Below are positions 17,530-26,492 of a DNA stretch of 64,000 nucleotides, in pieces. Each line of letters opens with the position of its first letter. The stretch's first letter is position 1. This stretch comes from Bacteroidales bacterium (GTDB lineage: Bacteria; Bacteroidota; Bacteroidia; Bacteroidales; UBA3663). The position numbers and the translations under genes were made by a program. The notes below the pieces were generated by a model. That model was not told the origin of the DNA. It did not search any database and worked only from the letters and a program-made list of their open reading frames with translations. The stretch lies in NCBI GenBank assembly GCA_045600445.1, contig JAZRXZ010000021.1:42577-106576 (forward strand). Reading direction: 5' to 3'.

Positions 17530-19005
17530 TTAATTGATGTTGTGGTCAGAATCCTTGGTGACGTAATCTTCGATGGTACAATCATCAAAGACAATAGGAT
17601 AAACCGTGTTGATAGGGCCAGGGGTAGGATCGGTAGGATCGATCTGGTCAGAAGGACTGGTAGAACCCGATGAGTTACGTGTGATCAAGAAGGTGTAGAT
17701 GTAACGGGTATTGTCGGCCCACGTAGTATATTCAGCAGGTACGAAGACGGTGGCGTTGTGTACGGTAATGACCTCCTGATTATCTTCAGCGATGATGCGA
17801 TAGGTAACGTGGAAGGTGAAACCTGTCTTCTGTGCAGCAGGCTGAGCCACTGGATAATAGATGGTTGGAGACCAGCTGTATGTCTGATCGGCACCGGTGG
17901 CTACCTTCTCTGGCATGGTCTTGTGAACGGTGTTTTCAAGACCGACATAGTCAGTGACGTTAGCACTCAAGGCTGCTGGAACGTTGACGGTAGGATAAGT
18001 GGCGTCAGCGGCAGGGATGGCAAACATCAGGTTCTCCTGGGTGCTGGTGGCACCATCGGTAGTACCAGCGAATGAGGCCTTGGCATCGGCATCGAAGCTG
18101 ATGACTGCACCCGATGAGGTGTAGTAGCTGGCCTTGGTGAAGGTGGCAGCGGCAGACATCTCGGCAGGTGTAGCCTGAACACCCTTCTGCTGGTCAGCCG
18201 ATGAACTGGTGGCCATGGTGCCCTCGTCGGCCGAAAGATCGAGCAACTCTACCTTATAGCCAGGAATATCCTCGTAGAAACGGATGAACATCTGTGCACC
18301 CATGTGCTTGAATGGCACGGTGATGTCGGCCAACGAAGCGTTGGTGGCCTTGACACCGGCATACATAAACTCGGAGAGCGAAGCATCGGTGCCAGCACCA
18401 GTGTAAGTACTGTTGACCGGGTTGTCGTAATGATCTTTGACGGTAGTGCCCTCGAAGGTCATCACTGCGGTACCGTCGACACCCAATGCACAGCTTACAC
18501 CGCTGGCACGGTATGGGGTGTAACAGAAGAAGTTAGTATTGGTAAACGCGAGGTCCCAGTAACGAAGGTACTGGCTCTCGTTGCCCGACATATACTCGGT
18601 CTGACTGGCGGTGTAATATCCGTCAGTGCCACTGTAAGTGTACTGCGACTTGCCCAGGCCTTCGTAGAACCAAGGTGAGGTATGATCGTCTGTCGTACCT
18701 GCGTCTCCAGCCCATGTGGAGCCATTGCTATGCTCGTAGCCGACGTTGTTGCCGCCAAAGCCTACGAGATAGTTTTCCATGACGGTCTGTGCGAGAGTAC
18801 CCGTCGCAACCTTGCTGGCCCAGACGCCGAAGTTATAGTGATAGTTATCCTGCAGGCTATTAGATGCACGAGTCACATTCTGACGGAGGGTGTTGAAGGA
18901 GATAGGTACCTGAGTTTCTGGAGCCTTCTCAACGTTGACGATGTCGTCAGAACTACAACTTGCAAGCAATGCAGCAGAAGCTGCTATAGCGAGAATTCTT
19001 TTCAT
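17530..19005 (-). CDS. Mfa1/FimA-like candidate major (stalk) pilin, paralog 2
   Basis: 491-aa ORF with lipobox LLASCSSDD and an NVTRAS site. It has VPFKHMGAQMFIRFYEDIPGYKVELLDL. Its C-terminal block GFTFHVTYRI..ATVFVP..GSTSPSDQIDPTDPT..YPIVFDD is shared with the adjacent 441-aa paralog. Confidence 0.7.
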   Translation of the reverse strand: MKRILAIAASAALLASCSSDDIVNVEKAPETQVPISFNTLRQNVTRASNSLQDNYHYNFGVWASKVATGTLAQTVMENYLVGFGGNNVGYEHSNGSTWAGDAGTTDDHTSPWFYEGLGKSQYTYSGTDGYYTASQTEYMSGNESQYLRYWDLAFTNTNFFCYTPYRASGVSCALGVDGTAVMTFEGTTVKDHYDNPVNSTYTGAGTDASLSEFMYAGVKATNASLADITVPFKHMGAQMFIRFYEDIPGYKVELLDLSADEGTMATSSSADQQKGVQATPAEMSAAATFTKASYYTSSGAVISFDADAKASFAGTTDGATSTQENLMFAIPAADATYPTVNVPAALSANVTDYVGLENTVHKTMPEKVATGADQTYSWSPTIYYPVAQPAAQKTGFTFHVTYRIIAEDNQEVITVHNATVFVPAEYTTWADNTRYIYTFLITRNSSGSTSPSDQIDPTDPTPGPINTVYPIVFDDCTIEDYVTKDSDHNIN

Positions 19006-19042
19006 ACGTATATATTATATATAATGTGTAATCGTTACATTG

Positions 19043-20368
19043 TTAATTTTTCGAACCCTGATTGATCTCGTATTCTGACTCCTCGAGAGTCCAGTCATCG
19101 ACCTTAGCGGCATCGAACACAATTGGATAGAGTGCATTCTCCGGATCGACGGTCGGATCGGCAGGATCAATGGTGTCGTCTTTATCTGGATCAGTAGAAC
19201 CGCTGGTGTTCTTCGTGATCTTGAAGATATAAGTGTAGGCGTGGTTAGCCTGCCAGTTGCAATGATCGCTCGGCACGAAGACCGTAGCGTTCTTGACGGT
19301 GATCGTCTCGCCCGTGGTTGAGGTCAAGACGAAAGATACGTGGAAGGTGAATCCGGTATCATTGTTCTTAGGGATGGCGTAATAGGTGGTAGGCGATGCA
19401 GAGGCGGTCTCTCTGGTGATGCCAATAGCCTCTTCGACGGGTTCCTTGAAGACCAATGGACGTGTGTTGGTCTCCTTGATGGCCGACACATGAGCGATCT
19501 GCGGGTTGCTGACAGAAGTAGAGAAATCAATGTTGACACCTGTCTGGCTGTAATACTCTCCTGGTGTGTACTTGCCTTCGTTTTCGATAGCAGGAGTTGC
19601 CTGCACATCGTCATACTTGCCAGGGAGGAGGTCGATCATCCGGATAGAATAGCCCTCAATCTCCTCATAGAACTTGATGTTGACCTTGGCATTGAGACGA
19701 CGGAACAGCAACCAGACGTCTTTGCCATAATCGTCCTTAGCTACAGTGGTAGCTGCATACATGTATTCACAAGCCGTAGGCTGGTCGTAACCATCGGTCA
19801 ACGAACCGCCAGGCAATGAGAGTAACTTGGACTGATTGTCAAAGGTGGCAGTGCCGGAACCATTGACGTAAGGCGCATAAGCGTAGAAGGTAGTGGTGGG
19901 AGCCTCTAAGTCCCAGTATCGCAATACCTGATTCGCATGATTGGACATCATAGTCGTCTCTGTGGCCAGGACGTAACCTTCTGAACCTACATAAGTATAA
20001 TCGGCCGAGCCAAGATGCTCATAGGCCCAGAATGACTTGCCATCGACAATCTCCTCCCAATCCCCCAGAGTGGTCTGAGCGTCGGGCGTCATGTAATAGC
20101 CGCGATGTTTGGCAGAATCATTATAACCCACCAGATAATTCTCTATGACCGGATGAGTGTCATCAGTGCTCTTATAGCCAAAGACGCCGAAGTTAAGATG
20201 ACCGTATTCCTGTAGCTTTGTAGCACGTGTGATGTTGCTTTTTGCAGCGCTAAAACTGATTGTCTTCTGACGCAAGGTAAGCTCGGGACCCGTGGTCTCG
20301 ACAAGGCTATCCTGCACGCAGCTACTTAAGAGCAGCAGAAAAGACAGATAAGAAATACGCTTTTTCAT
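19043..20368 (-). CDS. Mfa1/FimA-like candidate major (stalk) pilin, paralog 1
   Basis: 441-aa ORF with lipobox LLSSCVQD and NITRAT (R48, 31 residues after the Cys). It has LLFRRLNAKVNIKFYEEIEGYSIRMIDL. Its C-terminal block is GFTFHVSFVL..ATVFVP..GSTDPDKDDTIDPADPT..YPIVFDA. Confidence 0.7.
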   Translation of the reverse strand: MKKRISYLSFLLLLSSCVQDSLVETTGPELTLRQKTISFSAAKSNITRATKLQEYGHLNFGVFGYKSTDDTHPVIENYLVGYNDSAKHRGYYMTPDAQTTLGDWEEIVDGKSFWAYEHLGSADYTYVGSEGYVLATETTMMSNHANQVLRYWDLEAPTTTFYAYAPYVNGSGTATFDNQSKLLSLPGGSLTDGYDQPTACEYMYAATTVAKDDYGKDVWLLFRRLNAKVNIKFYEEIEGYSIRMIDLLPGKYDDVQATPAIENEGKYTPGEYYSQTGVNIDFSTSVSNPQIAHVSAIKETNTRPLVFKEPVEEAIGITRETASASPTTYYAIPKNNDTGFTFHVSFVLTSTTGETITVKNATVFVPSDHCNWQANHAYTYIFKITKNTSGSTDPDKDDTIDPADPTVDPENALYPIVFDAAKVDDWTLEESEYEINQGSKN

Positions 20369-20411
20369 ATTCTTAATATTTGTTTTTAGCTTCTTTGACT
20401 AGGAGACTGAA

Positions 20412-21605
20412 TCAGTATCCAATCGGAATCTCGTAAATCACCTCATCATAGTCTTCGACCGTTGGGACGAAGAGCGAACCTGTACCTTCTTCGACCGGGA
20501 TATCTGGCATCTCTATTTCACTGCAGTCAATAACTACGGTGATGATGCCACCGTGCGCCTGTTTGTGGCACTGGTCGGTGACGTCGAAGGTATAAGTCTT
20601 CTCTGTGCCATTACGGAAACTGAGATCGACCATCAACTGATTGATCAAATCTGTGCGAGAACCATTGTACTGATGACTTGGCGCGTCAGAATAAGAAGCC
20701 ATGTCGCACATACCGAAGGTAGTAAGCATACTGCCGATGATGTCTGCAGGCTTTCCTTCATAGTTCATACCCGTCTTATATCGAGTATTGAAATAAACCA
20801 TGGCAGGATTCATGCCAGTATGACCTGTGTTGACATCCACACTGCTGGCCACTGACGAGAGGGCTGCATTACCAGAAGTACCGGTGACACGACCATCATT
20901 ATTTACGAGAATGACCTGCACGAGGTAGATATAAACCAATGGATTGAGCTCACAGTCGATATGCTTGACCCAGCACTTCTCCTCTTCATCGTAATAGTCA
21001 TAATCTTCCATGCGACGAGAGATATAGATATCACGTGGATAGGTAGAGTAGAAGATTTCTGGCTGGTTGAAGAGCGCGATGATAGCACGACTTGCATCTT
21101 CATCCTTCTTACCACGCGAGAATCCTCGGGTGACGGTGGTAGAAGCCTGGACTGAAAGCGGATCGGACTCGTCGATGGTCAATACCTGCGAGCCGTCTTC
21201 ACTATCGATATTACTCCAGATCAGAAGATCGTAATAGCCGAACTGATAAGAGCGACGGAAACGGTTTCCGAAGATGGTAAAACCATCATAGCTGACAGGT
21301 CTTCCTCCTGGTTGATCACCAAGATAGTGTCGGCGCACCTCAAAGTTGGTTGGCTGAGGATAGGTGATCTTACCGAAAAGCTCCTCGTCTTTTTGGTCCC
21401 AACTGTAATACCAACGATGTTCCCAATCGATATCGAGGTTCCAGACGACTTCAATATCGGTAATGATGGCAGGGACATCGACCAAAACCTCTTCTGCCGG
21501 CAACTTCAGCGGTGGCTCAATGCACGACTGGAAAGTGAAGAGTGAAGAGCAAAGGGCGAAAAGGGCCATCAGGAGATGGGTGGCTTTAAGTATCATCTTT
21601 TTCAT
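20412..21605 (-). CDS. Lipoprotein, candidate pilus anchor or assembly subunit (Mfa2/FimB-like or DUF5119-like; family unresolved)
   Basis: 397-aa ORF with lipobox TFQSCIEPP. It lacks the early T-R-A site seen in all ten downstream lipoproteins. It lies second in the operon, and its start overlaps the upstream stop by 4 nt (21602-21605). Confidence 0.5.
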   Translation of the reverse strand: MKKMILKATHLLMALFALCSSLFTFQSCIEPPLKLPAEEVLVDVPAIITDIEVVWNLDIDWEHRWYYSWDQKDEELFGKITYPQPTNFEVRRHYLGDQPGGRPVSYDGFTIFGNRFRRSYQFGYYDLLIWSNIDSEDGSQVLTIDESDPLSVQASTTVTRGFSRGKKDEDASRAIIALFNQPEIFYSTYPRDIYISRRMEDYDYYDEEEKCWVKHIDCELNPLVYIYLVQVILVNNDGRVTGTSGNAALSSVASSVDVNTGHTGMNPAMVYFNTRYKTGMNYEGKPADIIGSMLTTFGMCDMASYSDAPSHQYNGSRTDLINQLMVDLSFRNGTEKTYTFDVTDQCHKQAHGGIITVVIDCSEIEMPDIPVEEGTGSLFVPTVEDYDEVIYEIPIGY

Positions 21606-23083
21606 CGTGCATCTCCTTTCTTTGCTGACTTGTTACGACGATAGAGGATATCGTAGGTGATCTGGATACCCAGGTTGGTAGGGCCGAACCAGACGAACTG
21701 ATGGTTGCGCTCCTTGAAGTTTGAGGCTGAACCGAGGTAATCATAGTAATAATCGCCATCGATCTCTCCTGAGAGCGGATTGCCATAGACGTATGGATCG
21801 TAGCGTGTGATATAAGCTCCTACGGCGGCCATGAACTCAAGGCGCCAGTTGCCGCGCTTGCTGATCGGCATCACATATCCGACAGAGAGGCCTGCACCTC
21901 CACCCTCACCTTGCCAGCCTTTGGTCTTGCTCAGGCCGATGCCGTATTTGCCGCCTTGTGCATAAAGACCAGCATAAGCGCCGAGGAATTCGCCTCCTCC
22001 ACGGAAGTAGCGACGGAGCTCGAGCTGAATGTCGCGCCACTGCCAGAACTTCTGCTGGCTCCACTTGCGGTTAGTACCCCAGGTGATGCCGGCATTGTAG
22101 GTATAATGTCCATCAAGCGGATAATATTCGAGCTGGAGGTTTGGCGAGTAGGCCATACCGAATTGTGGCATGTAGAAGAAGTCGTGCAGCAAGTTGGTGC
22201 GAAGAGCCATGAGATGGCGACGCTCCTGTGGCTGCGGCTGCTGAGGCACCTCAACTGGAGTCTGTACCTGGATGACCGGAGCTTCGATAATTATAGAATC
22301 CGGCTTCTCAATCTTCTCGATTTCGACATTGCTGACCGAGACACTCTCAAAGACTGGAGCCGGACGTGACAGCCAGAGGACAATACGTGCAGTACGAAGT
22401 TCTGGGAAATACTGCTGCTTGAGGCGCGACCATAAACGACCACCATCGAGGCGGCTGAGCTGCAACTTGCATGTCTGTTCGTCACCATTACAAGCATCAA
22501 AGATCTGCTTGACACGAGCATAGTCAACATCATTGCGCTGCTGCATCAGAGTGATGAGGTAAGCATAATCTTCGGTAACACTTTGCACATCCATCTTGAT
22601 CTCCTGTTGAGCGAAAGGTCCACCAGAGAGATCGGTCTTGATGAGAGATTGCAGGGCTTCGGTACGACCCTGTCCTAAGCGACGGTTATTTTCATACGAT
22701 CCCTCTGGCGATGCAGCGCCACGAAGGAAGAGCTGACGGAGCTGGTAGCCTTCACGCTGAAGGAAAGGTAACAGTTCACGATAGGTACGGAAGAAATCGG
22801 AATTGGTATTGATCTCGGTGCGATTGACCTGGAAACGGACACCGACAGCCAAGGCGTTGAAGAGCGAGTCTGTCATCACAGGAGCCTCATCAACATTGTA
22901 ATCAGAAACGATAACGAAAGGATACTCTGCCATGACGGAGTAGCGCTCAGTATCGAGCAAACGCTCAATCTCAGTCATTGAGGATGACAGAACAGCCGCA
23001 CGACATAGTCCTATGGAGAAGACCCATAGGAGAATCGACAAAAACAGGTGCTGTGCGGTTTTCATAAAGATACGATTAAACAA
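21602..23083 (-). CDS. Outer-membrane protein: OmpA-C-like/DUF3868-like module plus C-terminal DUF3575-like beta-barrel
   Basis: 493-aa ORF with a type I signal peptide. The N-terminal half has GAASPEGSYENNRRLGQGRTEAL. The C-terminal half (ALRTNLLHDFFYMP..NLQLEYY..ELRRYF..GAYAGLY..GLSVGYVMPIS..WRLEF) matches my memory of DUF3575 proteins that head Bacteroidales fimbrial operons. Confidence 0.65.
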   Translation of the reverse strand: MFNRIFMKTAQHLFLSILLWVFSIGLCRAAVLSSSMTEIERLLDTERYSVMAEYPFVIVSDYNVDEAPVMTDSLFNALAVGVRFQVNRTEINTNSDFFRTYRELLPFLQREGYQLRQLFLRGAASPEGSYENNRRLGQGRTEALQSLIKTDLSGGPFAQQEIKMDVQSVTEDYAYLITLMQQRNDVDYARVKQIFDACNGDEQTCKLQLSRLDGGRLWSRLKQQYFPELRTARIVLWLSRPAPVFESVSVSNVEIEKIEKPDSIIIEAPVIQVQTPVEVPQQPQPQERRHLMALRTNLLHDFFYMPQFGMAYSPNLQLEYYPLDGHYTYNAGITWGTNRKWSQQKFWQWRDIQLELRRYFRGGGEFLGAYAGLYAQGGKYGIGLSKTKGWQGEGGGAGLSVGYVMPISKRGNWRLEFMAAVGAYITRYDPYVYGNPLSGEIDGDYYYDYLGSASNFKERNHQFVWFGPTNLGIQITYDILYRRNKSAKKGDAR

Positions 23084-23108
23084 ACTTAATATTAAAATAT
23101 TATGGGTG

Positions 23109-23140
23109 CAAATTTAGCAATATTTTTCGCGAAAACCAAA
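23109..23140 (-). promoter_or_regulatory. Bacteroidetes-type promoter for the pilus operon (TTTG-N20-TAAATTTG)
   Basis: The minus strand reads TTTG (23140-23137), then 20 nt, then TAAATTTG (23116-23109). This matches the -33 TTTG / -7 TAnnTTTG consensus. It lies 26 nt upstream of the ATG at 23083. Confidence 0.6.
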
Positions 23141-23145
23141 TTTAG

Positions 23146-23181
23146 AAAAAAAAAAAAAATGGAGTTGCCCCCATTTTTTTA
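23146..23181 (-). terminator. A-tract/hairpin/T-tract intrinsic terminator after wecA, containing a 14-nt homopolymer
   Basis: The minus strand reads AAAAAAATGG-gggcaact-CCATTTTTTT followed by further T residues. On the plus strand this is an A14 run at 23146-23159. It lies between the wecA stop and the pilus promoter. Confidence 0.5.
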
Positions 23182-23222
23182 ATTTTTGCAAGGAAAAATG
23201 CAAGTAATTATACATAATGCAA

Positions 23223-23268
23223 GCTTTGTTACGGGAAAAAGCGCAATGTAACAAAGCATGTAACAAGC
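23223..23268. repeat. Inverted repeat GCTTTGTTAC-N15-GTAACAAAGC plus a third copy GTAACAAGC
   Basis: The arms lie at 23223-23232 and 23248-23257 and are perfect over 10 bp. A further direct copy at 23260-23268 abuts and overlaps the wecA stop codon (23268-23270). Confidence 0.7.
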
Positions 23269-24599
23269 TATTCCTGCCGCTCGTCCTTACCGTAAAGTCC
23301 TGATTTCTTATACTCTTCATCCTCCTCCTGCGTCTTAGGAGCAGCATGCTGGAAACGGCGTTCCAAGTGTGCCTTCACATCGAAAGAATCAAGATCCCAA
23401 CCATCTTCAGGAGCATCCAGCCACTCAGAGAAACCTCTGAATCGGCGACGTCGGCCATACAGAGGCTTGACACCGAGCTTGGCCAATCGACGCGAGCTGA
23501 CAGCTGACTGAGCTGAGAAATATCGAAGGAAATAATATGATCCCCACACAAGCGTAATGGAAGAAACGATGACCACGAAGAGCTGCGTCGTGACATCTAC
23601 CTGGAAGACAAACGCCGCGATGATCCAAACCAGGATATTGATTAGATTGATAGAAACGATGCAGAATGAAGTAAACAGATGAGAGAAGCCGACTCGGATA
23701 AAGCCATGGTGTATATGCGTCTTATCTGGTTTGAAAGGACTGCCGCCATGGATCATACGGAACGTCATCACACGCAAAGTATCGAACACCGGCACACTCA
23801 GAGCGGCCAAGGCAAATGCAGCCATGTTGGCTTTACCCAAGCCATCGAAATAGTGATATGAAGAGTCGCTACGTATGATACTGATTGTAAACCAGGAAAG
23901 CATGGCACCCATCATCATCGTACCTGCATCACCCAGGAACATACGAGAGCGGATGCCAAACACATTGTGTACAAAGAACGGTAGCAATGCACCCATCATA
24001 GCAAAAGCCAGACATGCATTAGAGACGTCTCCTGCAACGAGGAACACCACACCATAGATAAAGGAGCAAAGGATGCAAAGTCCTGAAGACAGGCCATTTA
24101 CACCATCGATCATATTGATGGCATTGATAATACCGACACTACAGAGAACAGTCAATGGCACACCGATGTCCCAACTAAAACTATCTATTCCCAGGAAGCC
24201 ATGCAATGAGTCTATACATCCATTCGTCGAATAGATAATACAAAGAGTGATCAACGTCTCGATGACAAGACGGACCAAAGGTGTCAGTCCTAAGATATCA
24301 TCAATAGCGCCGACATAGAGCATTACACAGATCACCAGAAAAACCGGCAGGAGATCTCTTGCGATTGGCAATCCGACAATTGAATAGTAGGCGACAGAAA
24401 CCATCAGACCCATGGTCAATCCCCAGAAGACCGCAATTCCTCCCATGACAGGGATTGGGTCTTTCTGCAATTTTCTTGCATCCGGGTTATCCACCAGATT
24501 CTTCACCTTGGCAATCTTCAGAATCTTGAAATAGACCCATCTCGCCGTATAGACAGCGATGAAAATTGTCACAAGCACATGCAGATACAAATACTCCAT
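23268..24599 (-). CDS. wecA: Undecaprenyl-phosphate HexNAc-1-phosphate transferase (WecA/MraY family, GT4-type initiating enzyme)
   Basis: 443-aa polytopic ORF with VDNPDARKLQKDPIPVMGGIAV, GAIDDILGL and NAINMIDGVNGL motifs. An ~80-aa charged C-terminal tail follows the last TM segment. Confidence 0.85.
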   Translation of the reverse strand: MEYLYLHVLVTIFIAVYTARWVYFKILKIAKVKNLVDNPDARKLQKDPIPVMGGIAVFWGLTMGLMVSVAYYSIVGLPIARDLLPVFLVICVMLYVGAIDDILGLTPLVRLVIETLITLCIIYSTNGCIDSLHGFLGIDSFSWDIGVPLTVLCSVGIINAINMIDGVNGLSSGLCILCSFIYGVVFLVAGDVSNACLAFAMMGALLPFFVHNVFGIRSRMFLGDAGTMMMGAMLSWFTISIIRSDSSYHYFDGLGKANMAAFALAALSVPVFDTLRVMTFRMIHGGSPFKPDKTHIHHGFIRVGFSHLFTSFCIVSINLINILVWIIAAFVFQVDVTTQLFVVIVSSITLVWGSYYFLRYFSAQSAVSSRRLAKLGVKPLYGRRRRFRGFSEWLDAPEDGWDLDSFDVKAHLERRFQHAAPKTQEEDEEYKKSGLYGKDERQE

Positions 24600-24611
24600 G
24601 TTATATTGTAA

Positions 24612-26492
24612 TTAATGATTGACGTAAGTTTTCTCTACCGGATAAGTGTACCAGTTCCAGTAGTCCATCTGAGTCACCTCTTCACTCCAGGACTTAAAGT
24701 CTTTATATGCATCCGTGATCTTCACTCCTTCTCTTGGCCAATTCCAGTAGTCAGCTACAAGTATTGCCTCTGGCATCACACCAGGGGATTCTGGCAGGCG
24801 TAAAACGTCCGTACACTCCATACAGTCACCTCTCATCACTTCTATGTAGAAGCGACGAGCATCATTGGCCATCGTATATTCTGACAGCCAAGGGACATCG
24901 GCGATATCCTTCCCCTTCACAGTCATCTCACCAGACAGCGTATTAACCTTGTCCAGATTCTCAGAGTTACCTGTCAGCAACGCGTGCATCTCACCGATTA
25001 CGACGTCACCATCCGGTCCATCATAATGCAGATACATGCGGTCTTCTGTACCGCAAGCCATCACCTTCACATTGCACGTATGGTTCTCATAATCAGGAGT
25101 CAGATAAATCACCGCATCATTAAAGTCGAAGTCGGCCTCACGATGCATATCTTCGTAGGCGATGGTCCATGGCAGGCTTGAAATCGTAGGATCGTCAGGA
25201 TTATCGATATCCGGGTTGATGACATCGGGCAACACCATGTCCATATCGGTAGCAGTCATACCGAAGACGATATCATTACAGTCAAGATCTCCACCGTCGA
25301 AGATGTTCTCCATTCCCATGAAAGTAAATTCAGGGAACTCATGGATCCAGCTTCGGTGCGCTTTCTTGCCAGAATAAGAGTAGTTAAATGCCTGTGCCGA
25401 GAAGTTATAACCAGTATACTTTTCTGGGAAGATATTATCAGGCATACCCAGTTTCGTGATCAGATTAAACTGCTCCATGCTCCTTTCCTCGTCCAGACGA
25501 AGATAGAAACCGATATGCATTCCCACCGGCACATCCACCACAAAGGTCAGGCCTCGGATACGCGACACCTGTGTTCCCATTCTCTCCCATACCAGAATAG
25601 AATTATAAGCATCATCGTTACGTCTGGCGACATTCGGCAGCTTCGTACCATCTCCAGGATCATCCTTTAAATCGAAGTTCGAGTCATACCAGACATTCGG
25701 AAAGAGGGTCGCGTTGAACGTTTTATAAGTGCTATTGAGCATATATTGCGTCTTGGCCATTCCATCCAGATAATCGTATCTCTGGACCTCTGCAATATCG
25801 ACCAGCTTCGTATCACTATATGTATTAGGCGAATGATAGTAATAACCTAAAGTATGTGGCTCATTAGAAGAACCAAAACCAGTAATAAAAGTGACTTCGA
25901 AACGACCGTTCGACACCAGCTCGTAATTGACAATCTCATTTCGCGTGCTGGCATCGACACTCTCCATACTTACCAAGCTCATCACGTCGCCCCATACTTC
26001 CTCCTTGATCTCATTATAATAGGCTCCACCTAAGATACTATATCCATAGAGAGACGGATCAAAGGCAGATCGGGTCGTAGCATGGCTGGACTGCAGATTC
26101 ACATCCACAGTCTGCTCCTGACTTCCATTGAGTATGATCGATTTCGTTACCTTCATCTGCCTGCTGACAGCAGTCAACCCTACACGGTTTCCCATTCCCT
26201 GTGGCAAAGTCAGTGTCACCATCTGAGAACCGACACACTCCTTGACATCGTAGATCACGGTATTTGCCTGACCTACCGAATAAGCCTGGACCTTCACACG
26301 GTCCTCACTGCCAGCCGAAACTTTCACATGCAGTCTCACTGCAGTTTCCCAATATTGGACAGTGTCGATGCTACTTCCTAATATCTTCTGGAAGTCTTTC
26401 TCGACATCCTCCCAGTATGAAGCCATATCGCTCTCGCTACAGCCAAACAGCAGCAGGCTACACATTATATAATATATGACGTGTCTTCTCAT
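24612..26492 (-). CDS. LruC-domain (DUF4842-like) lipoprotein
   Basis: 626-aa ORF with lipobox LLFGCSESD. It has two D-x-D-x-N-D motifs (GGDLDCNDIVFGM, EADFDFNDAVIYL) typical of the LruC domain as I remember it. The start overlaps the upstream stop by 4 nt. Confidence 0.6.
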   Translation of the reverse strand: MRRHVIYYIMCSLLLFGCSESDMASYWEDVEKDFQKILGSSIDTVQYWETAVRLHVKVSAGSEDRVKVQAYSVGQANTVIYDVKECVGSQMVTLTLPQGMGNRVGLTAVSRQMKVTKSIILNGSQEQTVDVNLQSSHATTRSAFDPSLYGYSILGGAYYNEIKEEVWGDVMSLVSMESVDASTRNEIVNYELVSNGRFEVTFITGFGSSNEPHTLGYYYHSPNTYSDTKLVDIAEVQRYDYLDGMAKTQYMLNSTYKTFNATLFPNVWYDSNFDLKDDPGDGTKLPNVARRNDDAYNSILVWERMGTQVSRIRGLTFVVDVPVGMHIGFYLRLDEERSMEQFNLITKLGMPDNIFPEKYTGYNFSAQAFNYSYSGKKAHRSWIHEFPEFTFMGMENIFDGGDLDCNDIVFGMTATDMDMVLPDVINPDIDNPDDPTISSLPWTIAYEDMHREADFDFNDAVIYLTPDYENHTCNVKVMACGTEDRMYLHYDGPDGDVVIGEMHALLTGNSENLDKVNTLSGEMTVKGKDIADVPWLSEYTMANDARRFYIEVMRGDCMECTDVLRLPESPGVMPEAILVADYWNWPREGVKITDAYKDFKSWSEEVTQMDYWNWYTYPVEKTYVNH

